The notes below the pieces were generated by a model. That model saw nothing but the letters and a program-made list of their open reading frames with translations, was not told the origin of the DNA and searched no databases. Both the position numbers and the translations under genes were made by a program. A stretch of 64,000 nt of DNA from Candidatus Latescibacterota bacterium (GTDB lineage Bacteria > Latescibacterota > UBA2968 > UBA8231), in contig CBDFJF010000001.1 of the NCBI GenBank assembly GCA_965248265.1, positions 448,001 to 512,000 of the forward strand. The letters run 5' to 3'. Shown in pieces: positions 1 through 10,173 of this stretch. How positions within the stretch are numbered: the stretch's first letter is position 1; every line of letters begins with the position of its first letter.

Positions 1-1
1 C

Positions 2-841
2 CGGCGACAGCTGACGGATGGGCCCGGGCATCATGAAAAAGGGCAATTTCAGCTCTGCCAGAAATGGCAACACCGCGTGATGGAGGATGGAGCCCTCCTG
101 GGTCTGGGTATCGTTGACTCGACAAGTGGGAGGGAAGGAGCAGGCGCCGTAGACGACGTTGTGAAGCTTGCCGTGCCAGTCTGACAGAAAGCGACGGATC
201 TCCGCCACCGAAGTGGCGGATGCCGGATCGTCGTCGACTTCATAACCCCAGGATTTCAATTTGGGGACGGCACGCGGATAGTGCAGGACGAGCTCATCCA
301 GGCGAAAAGCAGAGTAGTATCGATCGTCCCATTCGCCGCTCTCGTAGAACTCGCGCTCATCGTCATTGAACACATCCTGGGTGCCGACGATACGGTTGAC
401 GCCAGCCAGTTGCATGCAGCGCTGCTGGATCGTTTCCGGGTCCGTGTCAGCGTAAAATTCGCGCGCTTCCGTCAAGGTCGACGCATTGGGGTCCAGGCCG
501 AGCTCCCTCATCGCCACACTCACCCCGTGACAACCCTCGTCAAAGCCGTCGGAAGGGGCGTCCACGAACAGCGTCTGCCAGGTAAAATCGCCCTGTTTTT
601 CGAGATCCCAGCTGCCGAACTCCGCAGGGGAGACATGTCCTCCCGCGAAGAGCTTGCGTCTCACGTAATGGTACGTGAGCAGACGGTCCACTCCATGCAG
701 GGACAGTGAGGGACCGGCGAGGGGGCTCAACAGGTGGGTATGCCAGTCATCGACGATCAACCGTTGCGGTCCCGCTTCCTCTTCTACGACGGCAGCAATC
801 TCATCGGCCGTGAGCGGGGCGTCATCTGGTGATGCGCTCAC
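2..841 (-). CDS. Uronate (glucuronate) isomerase, BH0493-like amidohydrolase; 3' end runs off the window
   Basis: Not in the ORF track. Manual translation from GTG at 841 (GAGGA RBS upstream) gives DDWHTHLLSP...DRLLTYHY...LGLDPNA...FRLDEL...LPFFMMPG, matching the HxH/LLTYHY motifs of the Bacillus halodurans BH0493-type uronate isomerase. Confidence 0.8.
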   Translation of the reverse strand, partial: MSASPDDAPLTADEIAAVVEEEAGPQRLIVDDWHTHLLSPLAGPSLSLHGVDRLLTYHYVRRKLFAGGHVSPAEFGSWDLEKQGDFTWQTLFVDAPSDGFDEGCHGVSVAMRELGLDPNASTLTEAREFYADTDPETIQQRCMQLAGVNRIVGTQDVFNDDEREFYESGEWDDRYYSAFRLDELVLHYPRAVPKLKSWGYEVDDDPASATSVAEIRRFLSDWHGKLHNVVYGACSFPPTCRVNDTQTQEGSILHHAVLPFLAELKLPFFMMPGPIRQLSP

Positions 842-853
842 GTCGCAGTATCC

Positions 854-1198
854 TCATTCAACGTCGTCCTCCTCTTCATCATTTTCCAAACCAGGTGGTC
901 CAGGGAGCTTCTCGCCGCGCAAGTGCTGGTACAGCTTCTCGAGATCGTCGTAGACCGATTCCAGCAGGTGTCCGATCGAGGACTGTCTCCCCTGCGCTCG
1001 TGACATGGCCTCGTTGATCTGACTCTTCGTCTTCTGCAAATTTTCGATCTGCTGTTCAAGCCCGCGTTCCTGATTGCGCAGCGACATCAGAGCGGTCCGC
1101 ATGCGGGCAAGCCTCACTTCAGTAGTTTCACGAAGCACCAGGCAGCCGATGAGCAAAGCTATTCCAACGCCGCCGAATATGAGAAGTTGAGGATCCAC
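854..1198 (-). CDS. Hypothetical membrane-anchored coiled-coil protein
   Basis: N-terminal hydrophobic helix, heptad-rich helix and acidic tail; start overlaps the stop of the upstream gene. Confidence 0.7.
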   Translation of the reverse strand: MDPQLLIFGGVGIALLIGCLVLRETTEVRLARMRTALMSLRNQERGLEQQIENLQKTKSQINEAMSRAQGRQSSIGHLLESVYDDLEKLYQHLRGEKLPGPPGLENDEEEDDVE

Positions 1199-1740
1199 TA
1201 CTTGCTTTCAATCTTCTCGCCGGAGCTGAGTCTGGACGCTGTGTGCTGAATGATCTCGATGTCGCGGCGAATGCCACTCATGTAGTCATGGGCGTCTTCG
1301 AGCTCGTGGCGGATAGACTGAACCAACTCCACTGGATGTACTCGGTCGCTGTCGAGATCGACCGTGTATAGTCCGCCGACCTTGCCGATGATGCCGTCCC
1401 CCATCCCCTCCTCCTCCTCCTCCTCCTCCTCTTCCGCGTCAGGCTCTTCAACTCCCTGGGCCTCGTGCGCCTCGGCGTCCAGTTCGGCGGCGGTATTGCC
1501 GGCGTAGCCGCAGCGAACCGTCTGCTCGGCCATCAGCTTTTCCAGCTTGGAGACGCCTTCTTCACTCGATCCGCGTATCTGTTGACCGAGCTCCTGCAGG
1601 TTGTCCTTGTGTTTCTTGATACGCTGGTTCAGGGGATCCTGCACCAGAAACATGCGGTGGGCCCTCGTGCGATAGCTCATCAGAAGCTTCAGCAATATGA
1701 CCACTTCGCATACCAGTACGACCACGATGATCCAGATCAT
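1198..1740 (-). CDS. Hypothetical membrane-anchored coiled-coil protein with poly-Glu tract
   Basis: N-terminal TM (MIWIIVVVLVCEVVILL), coiled-coil-like body, Glu run encoded largely by (GAG)8 at 1408-1431. Confidence 0.7.
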   Translation of the reverse strand: MIWIIVVVLVCEVVILLKLLMSYRTRAHRMFLVQDPLNQRIKKHKDNLQELGQQIRGSSEEGVSKLEKLMAEQTVRCGYAGNTAAELDAEAHEAQGVEEPDAEEEEEEEEEGMGDGIIGKVGGLYTVDLDSDRVHPVELVQSIRHELEDAHDYMSGIRRDIEIIQHTASRLSSGEKIESK

Positions 1741-1936
1741 GATACACTGCCCACGTCAGTATGGAGATCAGAGGTTTCGATCGTGATACGGTTTTTCATG
1801 TTCGGGCCTGGTTGCTGAACCCTCAATTGCGAGAGCCGTTGCAGGGAAAATCTCCGAGTACCATCAAAAATAGCGATTGCAGGTGTAGTCTGCGACTCGG
1901 AATCTGCAGGGCAGAGGGAGGTTGAAGGAACCGTCC

Positions 1937-2737
1937 TCAGCGGACGCAGCCGGGATAGCTCTTTCCCTTGATGGGAAAATACTCGGGTTCCTCACCATCG
2001 CCGCTGTAGTGCGCTCGGGCCGACATGTACGACAAGGCGATGGCGCGACGCCAGGCGGAGGAGCGGTTCGGAGCCGTGTAGTGGGGCAGGAGCGAGTGGA
2101 AGAACACGCCACCGCCTGCCCGCACCGGTGCCATGACCATGTCATCGAAATCGAACTGGCCATCCTCGACGACGAAATCGTCCGTCACCGACACGTGGGG
2201 CAGTGCACCCTTCTTGTGCCATCCGGGGATGACACCGAGGCAGCCATTCTCCTCAGTCGCGTCATCCAGGGCGAACCAACAGGAGCACAGGTCCATCGGC
2301 TCGATGGGCCAGTACGGAGAGTCCTGGTGCATGCCCTTCTGAGAGCCAACCTGCGGCGGCTTCAGCAGTAAGGCGTTCCTGAACATCTTGAGGTCGGAAC
2401 CCAGAATCTGCTCGAGGATGCCGACGATGTTGGGATTCAACCCGAGGGCATGGAACAGGTCATCCCCTTCTACAAGGCCGCTGACCTTGCGAACGCCGTC
2501 GCCGGGATGTGCCACCTCCAGTTCACCGCGTGAGACGCGGGGTTCGGCCTGAAGGGTCACTGCGTCGGAGCGTCGATCTCCGTGGGTGTATTCACGCAGG
2601 CGCACGCCCAGAGCCTCGACATCCTCATCCGGAAGCAGGTTCTCAACCACGAAAAAACCATCGTGGTGGTAGGCGTCAAGTTGATCTTGGGATAAGGTCA
2701 TTGGGGTTAAAGCTGACGAATATTTCTCGGAAAGCAA
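1937..2737 (-). CDS. Phytanoyl-CoA dioxygenase (PhyH) family Fe(II)/2-oxoglutarate dioxygenase
   Basis: LSQDQLDAYHHDGFFVVENLL N-terminus, HQD and distal H (LPHYT), RRA; true start probably ATG at 2701. Confidence 0.9.
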   Translation of the reverse strand: MLSEKYSSALTPMTLSQDQLDAYHHDGFFVVENLLPDEDVEALGVRLREYTHGDRRSDAVTLQAEPRVSRGELEVAHPGDGVRKVSGLVEGDDLFHALGLNPNIVGILEQILGSDLKMFRNALLLKPPQVGSQKGMHQDSPYWPIEPMDLCSCWFALDDATEENGCLGVIPGWHKKGALPHVSVTDDFVVEDGQFDFDDMVMAPVRAGGGVFFHSLLPHYTAPNRSSAWRRAIALSYMSARAHYSGDGEEPEYFPIKGKSYPGCVR

Positions 2738-2915
2738 CCCTGATTCCGCTCGCTCCTAAGGTTGCGATTTCGCGGCATGCCGATTCATGCGCATTGCAAC
2801 CGATGGGCCTACGCACTAACCTGATCCTTGTTCGAACGCAGACAACACGTGTGGGCACGTAGACACATGGTATTCGCACGTAGACTTCCATCCGTCGCCG
2901 GAGTTTTTCGATACG

Positions 2916-3698
2916 ATGTACCAGACAATGCACAAATTTCGTGAGATGCTCGACTCGGGTCGCCTTTGTCTCGGCTCAGGAATCACCCTCTCCGATATCG
3001 CCGTGACCGAGGCCCTGGGTCCGAGTGTGGATTTCTTCTGGATAGACACCGAGCACTCTCCGATCGGTTATGAGGCGCTGGCAGCTCATCTGGTGGCGGC
3101 GCGAGCAACCGGGACGCCGGCGCTGGTGCGCACTCCCAGTTCAGAGAAATCGCTCGTCAAACGAGTCCTCGATGTCGGGGCACCCGGCGTGATAGTCCCT
3201 CAGGTCGAATCGGCCGATGAGGTGCGTCAGTTCGTTCGGGAGTGCCGTTACCCGCCCGAGGGTCGCCGTGGATTCGGACCACGCCGTCCATCAAACTACG
3301 GGCGTGAGGGCGGACGGCAGTTTCTGGACGAGGCGAATCGCGGCGTCTTCGTGGTGGCGCAGATCGAGCGTGTGGCGGCAGTGCAACAGCTGGATGAGAT
3401 CCTGGCGATTCCGGGATTGGACTCGATCGTTCTGGGTGGCCACGACCTGGCTCACGACATGGGCCATGCCGGCGATGAGTCGAATGTTGAAGTGCGTAAG
3501 ACCATCGAAGATGTGGTGACTCGTGGCCGCAAGGCCGGTCTTTACGTTGGCATGGGGATGGATGAAGACCCCGAACAGATTGTGTGGGCGGCGGGTATCG
3601 GAATTCAGTGGGTTCAACCGGGCGGGGATTGCAGCTACATGGTGTCCGGATGCGATGCGTTGTTCACGACCGTTCGCCAGGCGCTGGGCGAGAGGTAA
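2916..3698 (+). CDS. HpcH/HpaI-family aldolase
   Basis: WIDTEHSP, VLDVGAPGVIVPQV, RYPPEGRRGFGP, AQIE motifs. Confidence 0.9.
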   Translation: MYQTMHKFREMLDSGRLCLGSGITLSDIAVTEALGPSVDFFWIDTEHSPIGYEALAAHLVAARATGTPALVRTPSSEKSLVKRVLDVGAPGVIVPQVESADEVRQFVRECRYPPEGRRGFGPRRPSNYGREGGRQFLDEANRGVFVVAQIERVAAVQQLDEILAIPGLDSIVLGGHDLAHDMGHAGDESNVEVRKTIEDVVTRGRKAGLYVGMGMDEDPEQIVWAAGIGIQWVQPGGDCSYMVSGCDALFTTVRQALGER

Positions 3699-3743
3699 GG
3701 GAGGAATTACCTCAGTCGAGTACGGCGCGGATGTGGGCGATCT

Positions 3744-4403
3744 TCACGGCGACATCAGGCGGATCAGGGAGTCTTTCGGATCCAGGTGGGGGATCACCTT
3801 CTCGAGGAAGGTGGCCAGCAGTTGCTCGGGCGATAAATCCGAAGTGTCGATTTCCAGACGGCGATGGATCCAGGACTGCTGCACCTCCTCCCGGAAGCGT
3901 TGGAGGATCTCGTCTACATCGGAAGAGGGCACCAGCGGTTTCGGGTGTGGCGCTCTCTCCATGCGCTGCTGGATGACTTCGGTCCGGGCGTGCAGATGAA
4001 CCAGTATCACATCATCGGGCAACTCTGGTTCGTACTGACGGACTTCGACGCTCATACCCGGGTAATAATAACGCGGTCCGTAAACGGCCTCCTCGATGTG
4101 AAAACCACCAAGCAGGCAGTGCTGGTGCCGGTCTAACACGCGGATGTGGTAGACGATCTGAAAACGCTGGAAGCGTTCCTTAATGGCCGGTAACATCTCC
4201 ATCATGGCCTGCTGCTCCTCAGCGACGAGGTGGTAGGCATCCGGGATCGTGAAGTGGTCGTCGAGGTGGTGGTGGATTCCCCTGCTTTTACCCCACTGAT
4301 CGATCTGGTCGATCAGGGTGCTGACACCGGAATACTCGCAGCCGACGGCGACGATGCGCATGGGCGGGCTCCCGTTGGGTTCGGTTGTGCGCGGATTCGT
4401 CAA
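3744..4403 (-). CDS. Nucleoside monophosphate kinase-like P-loop fold protein (degenerate Walker A)
   Basis: IVAVGCEYSGVSTL, LVHLHARTEVIQQR and IDTSDLSPEQ resemble the thymidylate/NMP kinase fold. Confidence 0.55.
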   Translation of the reverse strand: MTNPRTTEPNGSPPMRIVAVGCEYSGVSTLIDQIDQWGKSRGIHHHLDDHFTIPDAYHLVAEEQQAMMEMLPAIKERFQRFQIVYHIRVLDRHQHCLLGGFHIEEAVYGPRYYYPGMSVEVRQYEPELPDDVILVHLHARTEVIQQRMERAPHPKPLVPSSDVDEILQRFREEVQQSWIHRRLEIDTSDLSPEQLLATFLEKVIPHLDPKDSLIRLMSP

Positions 4404-4483
4404 ACACGGACAGAATCGTAATGCATCTCACACGAGCGAGCCAGCAGGTTCAGCCGGGACTCCGCCATCGTGGGATCGACTGC

Positions 4484-5938
4484 CTATCTGATAGTCGCTT
4501 TGACGGCGCCCCAGCTGGTGGCTCGAATGGCTGTGCCCTGTCCGTCGGCGGCGGCCTCCTCTTGCGAGTCGAGTGCCTGGGTCAACTCGTCCCAGGCCTC
4601 ACTGCTCGAGAGTCCATCGTCATCGACGCGTGAGGCCAGGTTGCTGCGCAGGGCCAGCAATACTCCGCTGTCCGCAGCATCCCTTTCTGACACGTGTTCG
4701 GGGGCGCCGGAATCAGGAGCGCCAAAGGGGATGTCCCAGCCCTGTTCTCCGGCCACCGCTGCCAGTCGTTCCCAGGCCTCTTGCGGGGTCAAATCGCCGT
4801 TTTCTATCAGCACGGCCAGCTCGCGCAACAGTTCCATCATCTCCAGCTCTGCCGGGGTCGGCTTGTACTCCGGAGGCATTGGCCGCGGTTCGGTAGGTGA
4901 AGTATCCGGTCCGGGCAGGATGACGATGGTTCCATCCTCGTCAATCAATCCCAGCTCGTCGGCCGCGTCGTAAAACAGCTGCTTGGCTTCTTCTTCCGTC
5001 AACGTGCCCTCTTGGACCTGGCGGTTGAGATCTTCGCGCAATGCCAACAGCTTCTCCTCGTCCGGGTTTGGCTGCGGCTCAGGATCGATGGGGGTGATCT
5101 CGCTCCCTTCGATGATGCCGAGGGACCTGGCTATGTGTAGCAATTCCTCCTGAAGATCCTTTACCTCAAACTCGTCTGCCGCGTACCACATGCTGAAGTC
5201 CCGTGCCATGTACACGAGTTCGGCCTGATCCATCGACAGGTTCATCTCCGGATTGGGCTGGATCTCAACGTTCTCGCCATTTTCGAGGAACTCGGCGAAG
5301 GCGGTAACCTGCTCCCGCACCTGTTCCGTCGTTAACGCCTCGTTCTGCGCCAGAAATCCCAATATCTCTTCGAAGCGCCGGAGTGACGTTTCGGGATCGA
5401 CCTGCGGCATCGGTCGCGGCTCCTCCGGTTCCACCGGGCGCCCGTCGATGGTCTCAATCAATCCCAATTCGATCATGAAATCGATCAACTGGGCGTCTGC
5501 TTCATCAGCAGATAGCTCACCGGACTGTACCTGCGAATCCAATTCCTCAAGGAAGTCCTCCAGTAACCGTTCGCGCTCGTCGATTTCATCGATGTCGATG
5601 TCGATGACGTCATCGGGTTCACGGCCAAAGCCGAGGCTCTCCGCCAGTTCTTCAAACAGTACCAGCGCCTCATCCCACGTCAACTCGCCGGCTTCGACGC
5701 GTTCGGCCAACTCGGCGCGAAAGGCGATCAGCTCTTCTTCTTCCGGACTCACCTCCTGTCCCGGTTCCGGGGCAGGTTGGAAACCTCCGTCACCGTCCGG
5801 CTCCCGCTCGTCTGTGCCGGTAACCACAGAGGAAGAGCTGCCCGAGCCTTCAGTCGGAGAATCGCCGTCGGCCGCAACCTGCGCCATGGCCAGTCCCGGG
5901 ATCATCAACAATGACAAGATCAAGAGCCGTTTCATCAC
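4484..5938 (-). CDS. Secreted acidic repeat protein with C-terminal SWGAVK motif
   Basis: Signal peptide MMKRLLILSLLMIPGLAMA, GAGGAG RBS, repeated G-x-L-[TS]-x-x-EA helical units, C-terminus ATSWGAVKATIR. Confidence 0.75.
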   Translation of the reverse strand: MMKRLLILSLLMIPGLAMAQVAADGDSPTEGSGSSSSVVTGTDEREPDGDGGFQPAPEPGQEVSPEEEELIAFRAELAERVEAGELTWDEALVLFEELAESLGFGREPDDVIDIDIDEIDERERLLEDFLEELDSQVQSGELSADEADAQLIDFMIELGLIETIDGRPVEPEEPRPMPQVDPETSLRRFEEILGFLAQNEALTTEQVREQVTAFAEFLENGENVEIQPNPEMNLSMDQAELVYMARDFSMWYAADEFEVKDLQEELLHIARSLGIIEGSEITPIDPEPQPNPDEEKLLALREDLNRQVQEGTLTEEEAKQLFYDAADELGLIDEDGTIVILPGPDTSPTEPRPMPPEYKPTPAELEMMELLRELAVLIENGDLTPQEAWERLAAVAGEQGWDIPFGAPDSGAPEHVSERDAADSGVLLALRSNLASRVDDDGLSSSEAWDELTQALDSQEEAAADGQGTAIRATSWGAVKATIR

Positions 5939-6088
5939 TTATCTCCTCAATCTCAAGTAGCCGGTTCGTGCGGTGCGTCGGGGGAAGCAGTCGCAAAGAC
6001 ACCAACCATCCCTTGCACCTGTTCGTTTCTATGGAACACCCATCACGGCTGAAAGTGTCACTTGGAAGGGGCGACTATGCCCGGCGGA

Positions 6089-7363
6089 TTACGACATACA
6101 GGACACGATCGACAGGGTTTTGTCGATGACGAGGCGCTCCACGTCCTTCGTGAACGGAGCCGGGCGCAGGAAGTAGCGGTACGAGCCGTCGACCTCATAG
6201 CCGCCAAGGTCATAGGCGTTTTCGCTGGGTACGTAACCGATGAGGCCATTGCTGTACCCGGCGGTCACGGTGTGTGCCGGCTGCAGCCGGTGCTTGAGGT
6301 GCATGCCGATTTCGGAGAGAATTTCGCCGCCGAGGAAGACAACGCGCAACTCAGGATTCAGTTGCAGAATCTGGATTTCCTGCACACAGGAGGAGGGTAT
6401 GCCGCCGGCCTTGTCCAGCGACAGCATGGCCCGGGCCCACTTGCGAAAGTTGGGGTCAGATCCGGCCTCTGCCTCAGACATCGATTCACGAGAAGGTAAA
6501 TCGGTGTAGGGCAGGTTGTGGTAGTCGCTGGCGAGCTGGAGGTCGCCGGCATCAATCTCCGCGGCTCCGTCACGGCTGGCCAGGACGTCGTCGGCCATTT
6601 CAACGCCGACCGCTTCGAGCTCGGCGAGCGAGGGTCTGCTGAAGTCCTTGCCGGCATCTTTGGTGTACCAGGGCTTGACGTCCCCTCCGCAACCGGCGGC
6701 AAAGAATGCGGGCGCGCCCGTGGCCTGTTCGAGCGCCGTGCACAGGTAACCGGGATAGTCAGGGCCGACCATGTGATCACCCAGGCTGGTGGCGTGGCAG
6801 CCGAATACGGTAAGCGTTCCAAGAAGGCCGCCGTCGCTCGCGGCAAACCACAGGGTGTCCAGGTCCCGGTCGATGGAGCCGTCGGGGTACGGCGCAAATT
6901 CGACACCGCCTCTGCCATCGGGCAGGCGCCGGTTCACGCCAAATTCCGAGCGTCCCCGAGAGCATCGGATGCCACCATCCACCGCATTGGCACATGCCCC
7001 AATCGCTATCTCGACGAGGCGTTTTTCCAAGAATTGGGCATAGTCGGACTCGATTTCACCCGGCAGCCCCCAGGGGTAGAAGTAGGGCCCGCCATGGGTG
7101 TGCGTGGCCGTCAGTACGATCTGGCGCGGCAACAGACCGGTCACCTCGCCGATCCGCAACTTGATCCGGGCAGCCGTGGGCAGGTCGAAACCGATGAGGT
7201 CGGCGGTGATGATCAAACCGGCATCGATCTGACCTTTGAGATAGACGGCCCCAGCCCGCAGGGGGTGATAGACACCTTCCGACTTGTGGTCTCGGTGCCC
7301 GTACCCGGTGAGCCAAACAGATTCGCCGGGCGTTATATCACCGCGTGCGACCCCGACCTTCAT
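6089..7363 (-). CDS. Neutral/alkaline ceramidase-like hydrolase
   Basis: VGVARGDITP, ATHTHGGP, VNRR, CHAT, DYPG, GYSNG...GYVP...GGYE motifs. Confidence 0.8.
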   Translation of the reverse strand: MKVGVARGDITPGESVWLTGYGHRDHKSEGVYHPLRAGAVYLKGQIDAGLIITADLIGFDLPTAARIKLRIGEVTGLLPRQIVLTATHTHGGPYFYPWGLPGEIESDYAQFLEKRLVEIAIGACANAVDGGIRCSRGRSEFGVNRRLPDGRGGVEFAPYPDGSIDRDLDTLWFAASDGGLLGTLTVFGCHATSLGDHMVGPDYPGYLCTALEQATGAPAFFAAGCGGDVKPWYTKDAGKDFSRPSLAELEAVGVEMADDVLASRDGAAEIDAGDLQLASDYHNLPYTDLPSRESMSEAEAGSDPNFRKWARAMLSLDKAGGIPSSCVQEIQILQLNPELRVVFLGGEILSEIGMHLKHRLQPAHTVTAGYSNGLIGYVPSENAYDLGGYEVDGSYRYFLRPAPFTKDVERLVIDKTLSIVSCMS

Positions 7364-8580
7364 AGCTTGTCCGCGTGCTCTCGGGTTTTGGCGATGGCAT
7401 TGGCGATGTCGCGGGTATCACCTTCTTCGCCCAGCAGCAGATTCTGGGTGAGCCAGACGGACTCTTCGGCACAGATGCGCTCGGTTACGGGGTACTCGAA
7501 GCGGCTGTAATCCGGCTTGCCGGAAAAATAGGGTGTCTCGAGGGGGTAGTCGGTGAACGAATTGGTGAAAGCCGCCTCTCGATACAGCGGTCGGTACCCG
7601 GACGCGCACGGTATGCCCTCGGCATTCAGGGCTTCGAGGAAGCGCTCTCTTACAACTCCGCCGAAACCTTCCGAGTCGAAGCGCAAGATGTAGAGATGAT
7701 AGGCGTGCGTCGTCACCCGGTCGTCCGTTCTATACGGCGTGACGCCCTCGATACCGGCAAGCAGGGAGGTGAGCATCTGGGCATTTCGCGTGCGTGTTGC
7801 CATCTGCTCATCCAGGTGCTGCAGCTGGGACAGCAACAAGGCAGCATGGAATTCGGACATACGGTAGTTGCTCCCCAGGCGGGGGTGTTCGTACCAGGCT
7901 CCCGCGCGCGAGCGGCCACAGTTGTGGTACGACCAAGCCCGGTCGGCGAGCTCACGGTCGTTGCTGATGACAGCCCCACCTTCTCCTGCAGTCAGGTTCT
8001 TGCTGGCCTGGAAGCTGAAGGTGCCGAGATCGCCAATAGCCCCGACCTTGCGGCCTTTCCAGGCAGCACCGTGCGCTTGAGCCGCGTCTTCGATGAGGGC
8101 GATATCGCGATCCTTGAGGAGCTCCCCGAGGGCGTCGAGATCGGCCGGTTGGCCGCCGATGTGGACGGCAATGACGGCTCGAGTTCGCTCCGTCAGTGCC
8201 TCCTGAGCGCTCGCGGGGTCGATGTTGTAGGTGTCATTGAGGATGTCGACGAAAATGGGTACGCCACCGACGGCGGCTACCGCGGATGCTGTCGCCACGA
8301 AGGTGTAGGATGGTACGATCACCTCATCGCCGGGGCCGACTCCAACGGCGGACAAAGCTACCTGCAGCGCCGTGGTGCCACTGTTGAGAGAGATGCCGTA
8401 CTCTGCTTCCTGGAAGGCGGCAAAGGTGGCTTCGAACTCGTCGATTCGATCGGCCATGCCCCATCGTCCGGAATGGAGCACTCCGGCAACGGCCCCCTCG
8501 TCGGTTTTACCAAATTGTGGCCAGGAGGGGAAGGGCGTCGTCCTGGTGGGGGATCCACCGTTGACGGCGAGGTCAGTCAT
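7360..8580 (-). CDS. DegT/DnrJ/EryC1/StrS PLP-dependent aminotransferase
   Basis: NSGTTAL, GDEVIVPSYTFVAT, EDAAQAHG, FSFQASKNLTAGEGG. Confidence 0.93.
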   Translation of the reverse strand: MTDLAVNGGSPTRTTPFPSWPQFGKTDEGAVAGVLHSGRWGMADRIDEFEATFAAFQEAEYGISLNSGTTALQVALSAVGVGPGDEVIVPSYTFVATASAVAAVGGVPIFVDILNDTYNIDPASAQEALTERTRAVIAVHIGGQPADLDALGELLKDRDIALIEDAAQAHGAAWKGRKVGAIGDLGTFSFQASKNLTAGEGGAVISNDRELADRAWSYHNCGRSRAGAWYEHPRLGSNYRMSEFHAALLLSQLQHLDEQMATRTRNAQMLTSLLAGIEGVTPYRTDDRVTTHAYHLYILRFDSEGFGGVVRERFLEALNAEGIPCASGYRPLYREAAFTNSFTDYPLETPYFSGKPDYSRFEYPVTERICAEESVWLTQNLLLGEEGDTRDIANAIAKTREHADKL

Positions 8581-8667
8581 CGTGTTTCTCCGGTTATGGT
8601 CGGCGCGAGTTACATCTTCAAGATGTACTCGTGTCCATCAATATAACCGGGTCAACGGAGGGTTCAA

Positions 8668-9873
8668 TCAGGCGGCGAGATCCTCTTCGATAGCGACGTC
8701 TTCGCCAAACATCTCCCGCAGAATTTCCCGCTGCTCTGCGTAGGTGCGCATCTCGTAAGCCTCAGGGCGCAATTCTTCGTGCGTGACGAGATACTCAGTC
8801 CACGTCGGTATCTCTTCGCCTTCATCATCGGTGGCGGCCCCATCACCGGTGGCGGCCTCATCGCTGGATTGACCGAGGATCTCCGCGTCCAGTTCTGCCT
8901 GCAGCTCTACCTCATCGACCGGAGCAACCGCCGGTTGCAGGGTTTCGGCCCATTGGACGCAGAACTCTTCGACTGCCTGGGTAACAGCATTACCGTGAAT
9001 GCTGCGTTCAAAGGTAGAGGCAATTACGTGGGCGGACAGCCGATCGAGATCCGGGGAAGTCTCTTCGAGAATGACTTCAACCAGTTCGTGCAAGATCAGG
9101 GTCTCGAAGATGGTGAACCCTTTCTTGGTGCGGCCCCCTTCCTCACCGTCGCCGGCCTGCCATTCATCCATGTACTCATGCAGACCACCGAGCAGGTGAA
9201 TGGCCCCCTCGCGTTCGTAGGCGACGCTTCGGGACTCGAGCAGCGGATACTGAACACTGTGATCGGCTTTGTCTATCACTCTCGTAAAGATCGACAAACG
9301 TGTCTGGTGCCCCGGGTCCAGGCGTTTGGCCATCGTCCGACCAACTTCGACCGGCCTGTTGATGATGGAATCCAGCAAGCTGTCAGCGCGCGGGCTCCAG
9401 ATCTCCATCAGCCGACGTACCTGCTGGGTGCAGGCTACCTCATCAGCCTCATCAGCCGGGTCCGCGACTACGGCCTGCAGCTTGGTTTTTCGGGCTTCGG
9501 CCGACTCTCCTCGGCGAAAATGGAAGGAACCTGTGTGCTTCAACACGGCGAGGCGATCCACCGGAGTTTCGCAGAATCTAGCCAATGCATTCAGCAGCTG
9601 GTACAGTCTCTTTTCGGGATTTGGCGCCGACCGCATGGCGGCTTGAGGCTGCAGGCCGAGCAGTTGGCTGCGCAGCCGCGTCATCATGTTCACCCATGGA
9701 CCGATCTGCCTTCCCGCTTCCTGATCGTAGGCGCATCGCGGATTGGGATCGGCGGCCTCGAGCTCCTCGAGTGCTGCCGTCTCTGGCATCGCTGTGCCGC
9801 CATACCAGAATCTAGGTGCCGCCAATGCCTTGCTGTCGCGGTTCTGGGAAGTTGATGTGATCGAATCGGCCAT
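8668..9873 (-). CDS. Hypothetical protein (HExxE motif, acidic C-terminus)
   Basis: Long ORF with an RBS-like upstream sequence; LILHELVE motif; no family recognised. Confidence 0.6.
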   Translation of the reverse strand: MADSITSTSQNRDSKALAAPRFWYGGTAMPETAALEELEAADPNPRCAYDQEAGRQIGPWVNMMTRLRSQLLGLQPQAAMRSAPNPEKRLYQLLNALARFCETPVDRLAVLKHTGSFHFRRGESAEARKTKLQAVVADPADEADEVACTQQVRRLMEIWSPRADSLLDSIINRPVEVGRTMAKRLDPGHQTRLSIFTRVIDKADHSVQYPLLESRSVAYEREGAIHLLGGLHEYMDEWQAGDGEEGGRTKKGFTIFETLILHELVEVILEETSPDLDRLSAHVIASTFERSIHGNAVTQAVEEFCVQWAETLQPAVAPVDEVELQAELDAEILGQSSDEAATGDGAATDDEGEEIPTWTEYLVTHEELRPEAYEMRTYAEQREILREMFGEDVAIEEDLAA

Positions 9874-10173
9874 GTCGTATCCCTTTTCGGGGTGGTATCA
9901 TTTTGCGGTGAAAAACACCGCATCCTGTTTCCTTTATCGGCCGATTCAACGAAAAACGAGTGAATTTCATCACAATTGTGCAAATAACCCATTTTCTACT
10001 TAACTAATGTATTCACATATGCTTATGTGATATACCGAAATCGCGCTCTCTGGTGAGTCCTGTTTGGGAAACAGGAGCCGCCTCAAACAAGCGCCCATTG
10101 CCTGACCGGGGGAATTCCGCGTGATTCTCCCCGGGTTTTCTCGAACAGGATGAGCCACACGGCATAGATAGCG

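Noticed and set aside
1408-1431. (GAG)8 tract as a phase-variation switch
   Set aside because: A trinucleotide unit keeps the frame; it only encodes a poly-Glu linker.
7375-8646. Long antisense ORFs (also 6518..7510, 8779..9855, 51187..52377, 54152..55192)
   Set aside because: Shadow frames opposite well-supported genes, expected in GC-rich DNA.
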